DNA from: Blastocatellia bacterium
GTDB lineage: Bacteria; Acidobacteriota; Blastocatellia; UBA7656
Length of the DNA: 64,000 bases
Direction of reading: 5' to 3'
Assembly: GCA_963765495.1 (NCBI GenBank)
Contig: CAVXWP010000001.1
Span: 96,001 to 160,000 of the forward strand
The translations under genes were made by a program, and so were the position numbers. This document shows positions 29,741-41,900 of this stretch, one piece after another (the stretch's first letter is position 1; the number at the start of each line of letters is the position of its first letter). Under the pieces are notes generated by a model. The model was not told the origin of the DNA. It did no database searches and worked only from the letters and a program-made list of their open reading frames with translations.

Positions 29741-32616
29741 TCATCTCAGTCGCATCGTTGGATCCCCTATCAGTATCCACGTTCGCCGGATGTCTAGGTC
29801 TGTCGTCGCCTCCTTCGCTGCCCGCGTCGCTTCTCCCAGTCTTACCGGTCCTCCTCGACCAAAAAAGGATTCGTATAGCTGCCGGTTTATCAACGCCTGC
29901 TCTCCCGGCATCGTCGTCCCAGACGATGCCCACACCGCTACCGCTCCTCCTCGCTCTGACTTCATCAACGCTTCCCCAAGACTCTCCAACGCCGGATCGT
30001 CAAAGTACCCGTTCAAACACGTCATCATCACAAACAGACTCAAGTGCTCCCCGTTTTTCATCTGCGCCGCGTCTTCATTCTCAAGCAGATTTCCTCTCCA
30101 CTCCGTCACCGATCCATGCCCGGCGTAGTTGACTACCTTCTGCCCGCGATTGATCGCTTCCACCATCTCCGCTTTCGCCTTTTCTGTCCCTATCTGACCA
30201 CGGTTGACCTGATTCACCTTGAGACGGGATGGGATGATCCCGGCTAGCTCTCTGCTCGCCTGCTCAAAGTTAAATCCATCGTTGCTGTCTGATACCAGCA
30301 GTAGTTCGCTTGAGCTTTGGCTCTGCTCATACCCGATAATTTTCTGAATCATTATCGTAGCTTCCTCGCCGTTGCGGAACGGCAAGCGGCCTACCGCTAG
30401 CTCCGCTATCCCGTCATCGTTAAAGTCGGCCAGCCAGTCGTCACTTGCCGTTTCCAGATACTGCGTGTCTATCAGCCGCGTCGGCACAAGGTCATAGCTT
30501 CCAAGCCCAAGATAATCTCTCGCGTCATAGCTGGCATCCCCGGCAAGCAGCACAAAGCGCGCCGGTCTCTTCCAACTGCTTGCCGCATAACTCAGAAAAT
30601 CTTTCACCGCCTGAACGGTTTTGTTGCCAAAGCTGAATTCGTCATAGATGTCTTCGATGTCTACGACTGCTACGCTAAGCCCTTCCTTCTGCCGCAGCGC
30701 CTTCAACGGTTCAATCGCGCCGAAGAATCCTCTCTCAGTGAGAATCAACAGGTCCGCTCCGTTACCCGGCTGTCGCAGAGTTGACGGGATGTTTGCCGCG
30801 ACCGTCTCGGGATGTCTGGTCTGCCCATCGGCAAACATCAATAGCAGCCGGTCGCCGGTTCCACCTGGTGTGGCCGTCGCCCTATAGCCGCTCTCGTCCT
30901 CCGTTACGCTTGCTGTAATCTCCTGCACGGATTCACTATCGGTTATATCAAATACTCTTACGCCCTTACTGCTGAATCCGCTGACGCTGACCTGCTTGCC
31001 CGCCTCTGCTCTCAAGCTCAACTCATCGTTGTCGGCATTGAAGCTGTGCGAATAGGTGATGCGGATCGTGTCTACCAGACTCACATCGGCCTGACCGCCT
31101 TCGGCTATCAGTCGCACCGTGTTCTCACCCTCTCGCAGCAGCCCGGGCACCACCGACACAAGCTTCCTGCTCAACTCCTGCCCGAAGAAGTCTAGTTGCG
31201 TCACCTCCGCGCCGTTTAGTTGCACGCGGACCTTGTGGGCCGTCTGCGTCACTCCCTGTAATGAGACCTCCAGCATCGCCGGGGCTGTCGCTGAGGCGTT
31301 CAGATGTTTTAGCTGTAGCGATTGATCTACCGGCTCGCTTGCAATCACCGCCCCGAAGAAGTTCTCCGCATCCCCGTTTCTCAACCCCGCGAAATAGATA
31401 GTCCGGTCTTTCCGCTCCACGGTGTAGGCGAATCCACCCTCAGCCACCTGCTTCCCTTTGCCTTCGGTCACCACTATGCGTTTGCCCGCCCCTGCCCCGG
31501 CCACCAGCCAGTAGACTCGCCTATCGGTTGAAGGGGTATCGAGGCCCATGCCGTAGAACTCGACCGCATCACCCGCCTCCAACCGTCCATCCTGCTCTCC
31601 CGTGACTTTTATTGCCTGCTCTACTCCGTCTGCGAACAACTGCAAGTGTCGTGGATCACTCTTCGGGTCGAGTCCCGCTTGCACAAGCTCCGGTTGGGTG
31701 ATGCGATAGTATCCTTCCTCTCTGACCGTGATCTTCACCGCCGCCTGCCCGGCCATACTCGTTTGCGATTCAAGCGTCGCGGCGGATGGTTGCGCCAGTG
31801 TCGCCGTGCGAGTCAGCGGAACGGAGCCGAGCCCGCCTGCAAGCAGTCCCGCGCGCATGCCGATTTGCGCAAGCAGAACGGACCTTCGCTCCACTTCCGA
31901 AGGACTGGCATCTGGCGCACTGGTTATCGCATACGGTCCATTCATCGTCGATTTGCCGTTGAGGTCTATGTCTTCCAGCCAGTAGCGAATCGACTTCCCG
32001 GCGGGCGGCGTATCGGCCCAGTAATAGACGTGCCCTGACAGCAGTGACGTCCCCGGCCCGTCCGTCAGCGCCGACCCGGCTATTAGCTGCGGCGTGATGA
32101 GCGTGCGCGTCCCGTCTACTTCGCGGTAGATCTTGAAGCCAAGGTTGTCTGCCTCAAAGCCGGTCTGCCACCTGAGCAGCACTTGATTGCCGTAGCCATT
32201 TGCCGTGAAGCGTTCCAGTTTCACCAGGGTCGGGTTGCTGACTATCCCGATGTTTGTCCCCGTGAATTCCGAGGTGTTGCCGTCATTATCAGTCGCCGTG
32301 GCTATTATCTTATCCCCCGGATTGATGCCGAGGCTCGCCGCATTGCCCGCGTCAAAGGTGGCGATGCCGGGGGCGCCGTTTAGGTAATCATCCGCCGTGT
32401 AGTATGTGCTTGAGATATAGGTCTCCCCCTGGAGATTCTCATCGGCTTTGAAGAATTCGATGTAGAGACCGTTTCCGCCGTAGTTGGAATTATAGGTAGC
32501 GGAATCTACTTTGTATTGAAGGATGAGATTGCCGCTCGTATTGATTACGGCGCTCGTGAATTCAGGATAGTTTTGCAAGCGGTTGCCACCGTCATCAGCA
32601 TCTTCGGGGTCATTTG
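29741..32616. repeat. High-identity direct repeat block, copy 1 (copy 2 at ~50598-53475)
   Basis: Last Ig module and C25 region match at offset 20857-20858, with mostly synonymous differences. Confidence 0.92.
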
Positions 32617-35600
32617 GTGTGTGCCCAGGCGTGCCGAGGTCAATGCCAAGACCGGCATTGCCAAAGATGGAATTGGGGTCGATGACGTTGCAATGTCCGG
32701 CGGTTTCGTCAACCCACACGCCAGGGCCGCCGTTCTCGGAAATGATGTTGCCGGCATTGGCTTCCAGGCCGCCGATTTCGTTCAATCTCGCGCCAGCAGT
32801 TACAAGAACGCCGGCTGCGCCATTCCCTTCGATCAGATTGTTTTTCAGCCGGTTGAAGGCTGCATTAACTCCATCAATCATCACGCCGATTCCTTCATTG
32901 TTGGCAATCGTAGTTTTCAAACTGTCGTTGACGTCGCCAATGACCGTGCGGAGGGCATTATTGAGCGTAACCCCGATGCCATTGCCCAATCCGGGGGAGC
33001 CGTTCTCGTCGGTGCCGATTATGGAATTGTTAATGGTATTGTCCGACGGTGCATCGCCCATCACCTCGATGCCTTTTTCGGTGTTTCCAGAAATTATGTT
33101 TTTTGCCGATTCCACTACATCACCAACTAAGACATCAACTGTGTTGTCGAGTTGAATACCGACCTGATTAGGTATTGTGGTTAGCGTGCCATCATCCTGC
33201 CTGAAGACCCCAATGAGATTACCGGAGATTTGTGCTAAGATACCGCCACCAGCAGGGCCTTGGGCTCGTTGCTGATTCCCTGATCCCTGTACTTTAATTC
33301 CTACTGGATGATTACCGATGGTGTTGTCTTTTATCCATACTCTGCGGGTTTCGACACCGGGACCCGGTAATATGCAGATTAATCCTCCCTCATTATTGGG
33401 GAAATTTTGACCGCTGGGAGTAACCCCAATCCAATTATTTTGAATGATCAAATCCCCATCCGTCTGATTCTCAACGCCAATCCCGTTGACCATATTACAA
33501 TTGATGATGTTGCCATGTTTGACCGGCGGTGTAATGACTCCAACCTGGTTTGCCCCGGCCTGCACGATAAACATTCCCAGCCGATTTGGTATACAGTTAT
33601 CGGTATTTCTGTTCATCCCAATCGCATTGTCACGAAAGATATTGCCGCTCGGCAGATTGGCCGGATCAGGATTGTTACTCAGCGTTCCTAAAAAGATGCC
33701 ATAGCCGAACGCGTCATCCGTATGACCGGAAATCGTGTTTCCGAAACCGCCGAGCCGACTGCCGTCACAACTGCCAATGCAATTGTCCTTGGCAAATTCG
33801 CCAACAATCAACCCGATCTTGCCATTCGGAACCGCCGTCTCTCCTGCGGTGTCGATGCCGATGCGATTATCAATCAGCTTATTGTCTGTTGTCGTCAGGT
33901 CAGCCCCGTTAGGCGGCGGTTGCACGCCATCTCCAAGGAAGACGCCGAGAATGACGCCGAACAAGGTATTTCCCGACACCGTGTTGGTCTGGATTTGGTT
34001 ATGGCTCGCCCCTTTGAGTAGTATGCCGATAGTGTTTGGGATGGCTACCGCTGAAGAGTTTTCCAGTAGCCCTACGTCATTTAAGCGAATCTGGTTCTGG
34101 CTTGGCCCGACTGTCGTATCGGTGGCGACAAGATATATGCCTACGGGTGAGTATCCGACCGTATTATATTGAATAGTCGTTGTGGTCACTTGCCCCTGCA
34201 AAAAGATCCCATTCAAGCCATTGCCGAGATTGGTTCCACTGCTCCCGACTCTGGTTCCAATCTTATTGCCTTCAATATAATTCCCCTCGACGACAGTGTT
34301 TGGTGAACCGGCCGGCACAGTCAGGTAAATTCCGTTCTCCTGATTGCCGCCGATGACATTCGGATAACCGCCGTTGCCTTTGCCGATCCATTGTCTGTCG
34401 GCAAAACAAACGACGCCATTTCGATTCGCAATAGGATTGCTGGCATCTCTGTTGACGCCAATGAAATTCGTGGCGACGAAATTTTGGACGCCTGCCGTGG
34501 CATCAATTAAAATACCGGCAGAATTTGCGGAATTATTGTGTCCCGAAATGATGTTGCGCGTGTTGACGCCAAATATCGCGTTGCCAAGGGTATTCAGGGT
34601 CGCACCGTTGCGAATATAGACGCCGTATTGCCCGTTTCCCAAATCCTCCATGCCGTTATCTTTGGTGCCGATGTAATTGCCGCTTATGTTGTTCCCAGTT
34701 GAAGAATTGTCCAGAACAATACCGTTATTACTATTTCCCGAAATGACATTGCCGTCCACATCTATGGTTTGTCCAATGGTATTGGTATTTGAACCTGAAA
34801 GCAGGATGCCAGTCTGGTTGGCTAAAGCAATCATGCCGGTCTTATCGGTGCCGATTTTGTTGTTGAAGATTTCATTCGACGCGCCGCCAATAATTGAAAT
34901 CCCGTTGACGTTATTTGAAATAGTATTGCCGAGACTTGATTCTGTGTCGCCAATCGTATTATAGCTGCTGCTATTGAGGAGAATGCCCGAGGACATTTGA
35001 CTGGCAGTATCGGCTGTCGTGCCGTCAGGGTTGATGCCGAAATAACAATGCTGCACGCGGTTGGCTGAACCGCCGGAGATGAAAATCCCTGAATTGGTAA
35101 AGTGATTAATTGCCAGACCGCGAATGGTTGTGCCGGTTGTTGAAAGGTGTAGGCCGTCCGACACCGTGTCATTGCCGCGAATTTCGATTAACGGCGGGCC
35201 CAGATAATTCGAGCCGCCTTGACTGCTGCCGTCGAGCGTAATGGAGTTGGTGATAGTTGGTAGCGCCGAGCCGGGCGTTATCGTTTCGATGCCGCCACCG
35301 GGTATGTTGAATTTTATTATGTCGTAGCCGGGGCGATGTTCGGCCACCTGTATTGCTGCCCGCAAAGTGCATTGGTTCCCGTTTGTGTCCGGGTCAACAT
35401 CGCAAATATCGTTATTCAGGTTGGTTGGGGTGTCCTCTTCATCCGTATCGACAGTGACAATTATTTCACCGGAGGAACAAGTCAGCGCAAGTTGCTGGTA
35501 TTTTTCCTTGTTCGACCCCGAAAAACTATTCAATTTGGCAGCTAAACCCTCATCACAAGTAAATCCTGCGTTGCAGGAAAATTCCGATGTGTTGCCGAAC

Positions 35601-38600
35601 GAATCGATTGCCGTCGCGGTATGAAACGCATATGCCGGATTAGCCGGATCATCCGTAACGAAATAAATGTCTGCCAATCCGTGATCATCGGTTGTGACGC
35701 TGGTCGAACCGATATAGAATTTGCCTTCGCGGTCAGCCGCATCGCTCGCGTAAACATCAATGGTATAGGTGTTAAACGGACGGCTCAGTAACGCCCCCGA
35801 TATTATGATATGCCCGGCACCATCATAAATGGGACTATCAAGCAATGGGAAATTCTGTAAATCGTTTGATCCCGTGTCAAGGTCCTGACAATCGTTTTCC
35901 GTGACACCGTCGCCGGGATCATAACCGTTGGTTAAATCAATCCCCAGACCGCTGTTTGAATATATCGAATTTCCACGAATGATATTGGCGTAACCACCGC
36001 TTGCTACAAGCACACCGGCAAAATTGTTCCCCTGCGTGCCGTTATAGGCGATCTGATTTCCTGCCTGCGTTGTGCCGTCCCCGACTTGCACTCCGTAACT
36101 GGTCAGAAATATTCCGTTTCTACCGTTACCGAGCTCTCCCAACGAGCTATTCAAACCGATCAGATTATTGATGATTCTGACGAAAACGCCATAACCATTT
36201 ACAGAAATCCCATTAAGATTTGTATTGCCTGAAATGATATTTCGCGCTGATGAATCGGTGCCGCCGATCAAGACCTGTGCGCCGAAGGAAGCGGCAACGA
36301 AGACAGTGCCGCTACCGCCGCCGGATTGAGTTCCGCCGTTCGGGATTGCATTGTTGCCCGTTATATCCGTGCCAATCAGATTTGCCTGAATATTAGTAGT
36401 GCTAAAACTGATTCCGGCCGCTAAATAATCGCCCGCCCTGATCGCGGAAGAGTCGTTCCCGGAAATCAGATTGCCGCCCGAGACACCGTTTCCCTCGCTC
36501 GCCGAAAGGCCGACGTAAACAGTTCCCCGGCTCCCTGAAATAACTCCATTGTTCGCGTTACGCAGCATTTGATTTCCATCTTTATTTGTCCCGATAAAAT
36601 TATTGAAGATGCCGCCTGTGCCGTATCCCTCGCGCTCAAGAGCATCTGACAAACTCTCATTGCTATTTCCTGAAATCAGATTACAAAAGCCTGTGCAGGC
36701 ACCGCCCGGCGTTGTGCCGGCGGGCGAGCCGATAGTGTCGAAACCGATATTATCCAGAATGTAAACAGTCGCAAAAAGGAGAACGAAACCACTGCGCTGA
36801 TTACGCGTGTCATTCGGAATAGCAATATTGCCTGTCACGTCCGTGCCGATGTTGTTGCCTACAATCGTGCAGCCGCCGCCCTGCAATAGAGGGGTATCAA
36901 TGCAATAAATCGCGTTCAGCCCGTTGCCGGAAACAATATTGCGTCCGCCCTCCGTGACCGAGCCGAGCATTGTCTGCGTAACGGGATTAGTGGTAAAGCC
37001 TTGCCAGCAATTGCCGAATCCCTGCGTTCCCGCCGGATTCGTGCCGAAGCGATTGCCGCTGACGAGATTGTTCAATGTGAGCAGTTCGCCCGTATCCACG
37101 TTGAAGAGTGGTACCACATCCATCCCGACACCATCGCAACCGGGTTGATCTCCGGCAAGACGGTCTTCACCATTTCCCGAAACGGTATTGCCCGCACCTG
37201 CCGCGTCGCCGCCGAATGTGTTGTTCGCTCCGGTAAAGAAAAGTCCTTGCGAGTTTGGAACTTTACCCGTTCCGAGCGAGTTCAAACCGATAATGTTTCC
37301 TTCAAATGTATTCGAGTTTCCAGCCGTGACGCTGATGCCGACACCGAAATATTGACGACTGCCGTTGCCCGACATAACATTGCCAGCACCGGGCGCGGTT
37401 CCTCCGATCTGATTGTTGTCCGAGTCGAAGATATTTAAGCCGGTTGCGGCATTACCTTTGTCGAAACTTCCGGTCGGGTCGGTGCCCAAGAAATCAGCCT
37501 CTATCACATTAGAACCGTTATTCGGCGAGGTGCTCGTGCTTTCAATCGTAATGCCGTTGCCGCCGATCTGACTTCCATTCTCATCAATAACAGAAGGCAT
37601 CGAGTTAATGTTCAAACCGCGCACCGTAACGCTGCTGGCACGTATTTTCAAGCCGTCAATCGAGCCCGACAAATTCGCGCCGGTAATTTCGATAAGCGGC
37701 AAACCGTTATAACCGGGCTGCGTCGTGCCATCTATCGTCATTGGGGTAATGATGGTCGGCAATTGCGAGGCGAGCGTGATGGTCTGAAGACCGCCGCCGC
37801 CGATGTTAAACTCTATTGCGCCAGCGCCGCCGCTGGAATTGGCCCGATTTATCGCCCCGCGCAAAGTGCAGAGGTCTCCGCCGCCGAGACAATTGCTCAA
37901 TGAGTCGGATGCAGAATTGACTGTAAAAACAGCGGTTGGCGCACTCATTACAACCGAAGGAGAAGATGCGCCTTCGCGTAGAATTACCAAATCCGACAGA
38001 GCGTCTTTATTCAGGCGCAGCGGCAAAACGGCGACTGGATTCGTTTCGGCATCAAGTGAGACAAGTGCGGTTCCCTGGTTCTGGTTTTCTTTCTTTGCCT
38101 GCGCGACGATATGAATTTGCTTTGAAACTGAATCAACCAGAATCAAATCATCTCTACCTGAAACGGAAACTCGAGCTTTGATAAGTTTTTGCGCATTTTG
38201 CGACTTTGCTGCATTAACAAGATGCCAATCGGTTATTAAGTTTACGAGATTCCACCTGGCAAGCGTGGAGGGCCTGCTCGAAATTGAGCTGATAAAAGCC
38301 GCTTTCGAGCGTAGTCGATTTTCTTCCGCTTTCGCCATGCCTTCACTCGTCAGTTCAGATTGTTCTTCTTTGCTTAACTCTTTGAACTTCTTCGCCTCCT
38401 CTTCGGCTTTTTTGCTCAAAAACTCCTGTCTCTCTTTTGGTGAAAGCCTCGAATCAATCATCATCAAGCCGCGCTCTTTTGCCGTTGCCTCGTCAACAAT
38501 CGGCTCATTGGCAGGCACAGCATAACTATTCGTGTCGACACCGGTTGGAATAAAAGAATTTTTTTTGAGATGCTGTCTGGCTTCTTTCGAAAAAGAGTTG

Positions 38601-40368
38601 GTTGAAATTTTGCTGCTTCGCACGGGTTCGAGAATGGAAATGCTTCCCGAGTCAGACAAAATCGCCAGATCGTCTCCCCGTTCGTCGTTGAAATCTCCAA
38701 CAACCAGACCTGACATCTGAAAAGGCATTTTTCGAGTGGCGACAACCGCCTTCGGTCTTTCAATATCGAATCTTTTATCAATATCCCACGGGTAAGCCTG
38801 TCCGCGACCGTGAATAATCGTCAATTGATCCCCGCAGGCGACGGCTATGTCTCCATAATAATCATCGTCCAGATTCCCGATTGCGATGTCGACAGCTGGC
38901 GCTGGAAGTGCCAAGACTTCCGGCTTCTGTTTGAACGCCCCTTCGGGATGCTCAAAAACCACAAGCTGTGAACTCTTCCCGTTTTCTACGGCCACGGCCA
39001 CATCGCTCTGCCCATCGGCACGGCCTATTTCTCCTACCCCCAGTGCCGTCATTTTTCCCGGCAGCAGTATCGTCGCGGGAGCCGCAAAATTCCCCCTCCC
39101 GTCGCCTGTGAGCAGTTGCAATCGATTGTCGCCTTTCGCTGCCGCCAATACATCTTTCCTGCCATCGCCATTGAAATCTCCGACCACGAGATAGTCCGGC
39201 CTCAGCCCCAGAGGGAATGTCTTTTCCGTCGCATAAAATGGAGAATCGAGGAACGTGCCCTCGGCTTTGTGCCTTTTGGCTTGCGGCGAATTGGGAAACA
39301 TCGAATCCAGATTGCCCCGATAGAACTTCAATGTGCCATCAGCGTCGGCGGTCACGAGGTCTGCTACGCCGTCGGAATCGAAATCCGCCGAGGCCAGTAG
39401 CGATGGCTCGCTCGCGCTCGTCTCTTGATTGGCTGCCGTGCCTGATTGCAGGGAGAGATCCTTGCCGTCTTTGAAGTTGATATAAGGCGCTCCCCGCCCT
39501 TCGGCTTTGATGGTGGTCCTGCCTGGCGTCTCGGTCGATTTATCTGCCCCCTGTTTCTTTTCTCCGGATTCAGAAACCGTCGCGGCGGATTCCGAAGGCT
39601 GCCCAATACCAGGGGGGGGCTGTTGTTCGCTTCGGTTTTGGCTTCGCCAGAAGCCTCCGGGTTGCCGCTTGCAGTAAGCATTGCGCTGACATGAGGCGCG
39701 TCTGTACCGCCGGTCGTCAAGGCAGATTGATTGCTGCTGGCGACCCTCGCTTCGGTGCGAGTCTCAGCCAGATGGGCGGTATGATCTGACGGTTGTGGAG
39801 CCTTGTTCCAGCCTTGTGTGAAGACGCCGATTGGGGGCTTCCTGGAGAGAGAGACCACCCGTGGTGCGATAGCGAATACGTTACGGGTTGCTGCTAGCAA
39901 GCCTGTGCCGCTCGGCTTGCCCGCATGTTCGCTGGCAGCAACGGTTCTGGTGCTGCGCGCCGTTTCGCCGCGAGCAATCGCGCTGTAGTCCGGTACGTGA
40001 TTGGCTGTCAGTTTGGGAATGGGATGTAAGATGAACGAACGAGAGCCGCGCAGAGCAACGACCGTACCTCTCGGTGCGTCGCTCTTGTGATTGTCAAGAC
40101 GGCCCGGCAACATAATCACCCGTCCCGCAATATTTATCTCGCCGGTGCGCAGCGGCGTTTCCTCAAGCGGCGAGGCGGGCAATTGATACGTCTCGCCGCC
40201 TGTGTTCTTTCGACCCCTCCCCGCACCACTCATCACTAATGCGGTGCCGTCATCAGTAGACGCTGCGGCACGAGATTGAGGCGGCAAGGCGCTGCTTATA
40301 AGGCAGAGCGTGAGCATCAAGGCAAAGATGAAGCGCAGTCTTCGGTGGTAGTAATCTGATGGCAGCAT
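29741..40368 (-). CDS. Giant secreted protein A1 (~3,540 aa if the frameshift is corrected): signal peptide, FG-GAP/VCBS repeats, 2 CSLREA-type domains, beta-helix repeats, Ig-like modules, C-terminal peptidase C25; -1 frameshift at G8 39612-39619
   Basis: Joins ORFs 39364-40404 and 29741-39355; paralog A2 reads through this point. Motifs DFNGDGRKDV, CTLRGAI/CTLRAAI, NxIxGNxIG repeats, YAGHGS (His 30116-30118) and MTCLNG (Cys 30017-30019). Probable start ATG 40368 with GAGGA SD. Confidence 0.8.
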
Positions 40369-41900
40369 TGGGCATTCCTCATTCGATCTGCGGACCAGAT
40401 GCATCTTCAGATCGATATAGTTAATTTACTCCACACAAACAGGAGTTATTTCTGGTGTCTCGGTCAGCGATTGTGCATCGCAAAGTACCGGGAGGCGATT
40501 GCAAGCTGGCATTGCCTCGATGCTGAGTGCCTACATAATATGCCAGGACGCGGCGCTCGGGGGTGTAGTGTTGCAGATTCCAGATGGTGCCTTTTGAGGT
40601 TATCGTTCCTCTCCCGGTGTAGGTTGTGCCCCCGCAACAAAAACGATAATCGCCCGTCCTCGTGTTAAACAACAGCACGGTCCCTGCATTGCCGTCATCC
40701 TGCAAACAGACATCAAAGGTCGTGACGGTGAAGTTGCAGGTTGCGGTGTTGCCGGAACTGTCTGTCGCCGTACAAGTCACCGTCGTCGTCCCTAACGGAA
40801 AACAACTCCCCGATGGCGGATTGCACGTCACGGTTACTCCCGGACAATTATCGCTCGCCACAGGCGCGGGATAGTTGACCACCACGCAGGACGAACTCTG
40901 ATTCGGGGATACCGCTGTGAGGTCTGCCGGACACGTAATCAGGGGCGACTGTGTGTCGGCGATGGTTATTGTGAAGGCGCAACTGGGGCCTGCGGTGGTT
41001 GTGCAGGTCACTGTGGTCGTGCCTTTCGGGAAGAACGAACCCGAAGCCGGAGAACAGGTAACCGTGCCGCATCCGGCTGAGGTGGTCGGAGCCGGATAGC
41101 TCACCACTGCGCCGCATTGACCCGGATCATTGCTCCTGGTGATATCCGTCGGGCAGGTGATGGTGCAGGCTTGCTGCGTAACCGTCACCGTGAAGCTGCA
41201 AGTGGCGGTGTTCTTCGAGGCATCGGTAGCCGTGCAGGTGACCGTCGTTGTGCCTGTAGGGAAACAAGTGCCAGAAGGTGGTGAGCAATTGACCGTAGCG
41301 CCCGGACAGTTGTCATTGGCAGCCGGGGTTGTGTAGTTGACGACGGCGCACTTCTGAGTCGATTGAACATTGACATTTATGTCTGCCGGGCAAGTCAGGT
41401 TGGGCGGGGTGTCGTCAACCACGGTTACCGTAAACGAGCAACCCGGCCCTGTTTTAGTCGCGCAGGTGACGGTTGTTGTGCCGACGGGGAAGAAGGAGCC
41501 GGAAGCGGGCAAGCAACTCGCCGAGCCGCAGTCCCCGGTTGTTGTTGGCGCGGGATAGTTGACCACCGCGCCACACTGAGTCGCGCCGGGGCCGGTGTTG
41601 GCGGTCTGATTAGGCGGACAGGTAGTCGAGCAGTCTATCTCGAAAGCGCCGATGTCAGAGCCGTTGCCGCCCACAGCGTTCGCAATCGTCGGGTCATCAA
41701 CGGGACGAGGGAAGCCGCGCTGGTCAGTAGTGATGGGCGTTGCGGTGATCGGGTCGATGGCGGCAGCGCCTTTATCAATGGCGGGGCTGCCTGCGAGAAG
41801 CGCCAGGGTTTGAGTTGGGCCGCCGTTATCGGCGAGCGGGCCAAGCAACGGATTGATGGGCGAGGCATTGGTGCCGATCTGGTCGCCAGTCATCGGAACG
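38783..41900. repeat. Near-identical direct repeat block, copy 1 (copy 2 at ~59199-62330)
   Basis: Base-by-base match at offset 20416-20417 spanning the B C-terminus, the intergenic gap and the A N-terminus; right boundary approximate. Confidence 0.92.

Noticed and set aside
29617-30132. 171-aa plus-strand ORF as a real gene
   Set aside because: Only the first ~29 codons are IS3-like; the rest is antisense to the C25 domain and low-complexity.
29741-40368. Polymorphic toxin (CdiA/Rhs) interpretation of the giant genes
   Set aside because: The C-terminus is the conserved part, no small immunity gene follows, and no RHS/YD or VENN-type motifs were seen.
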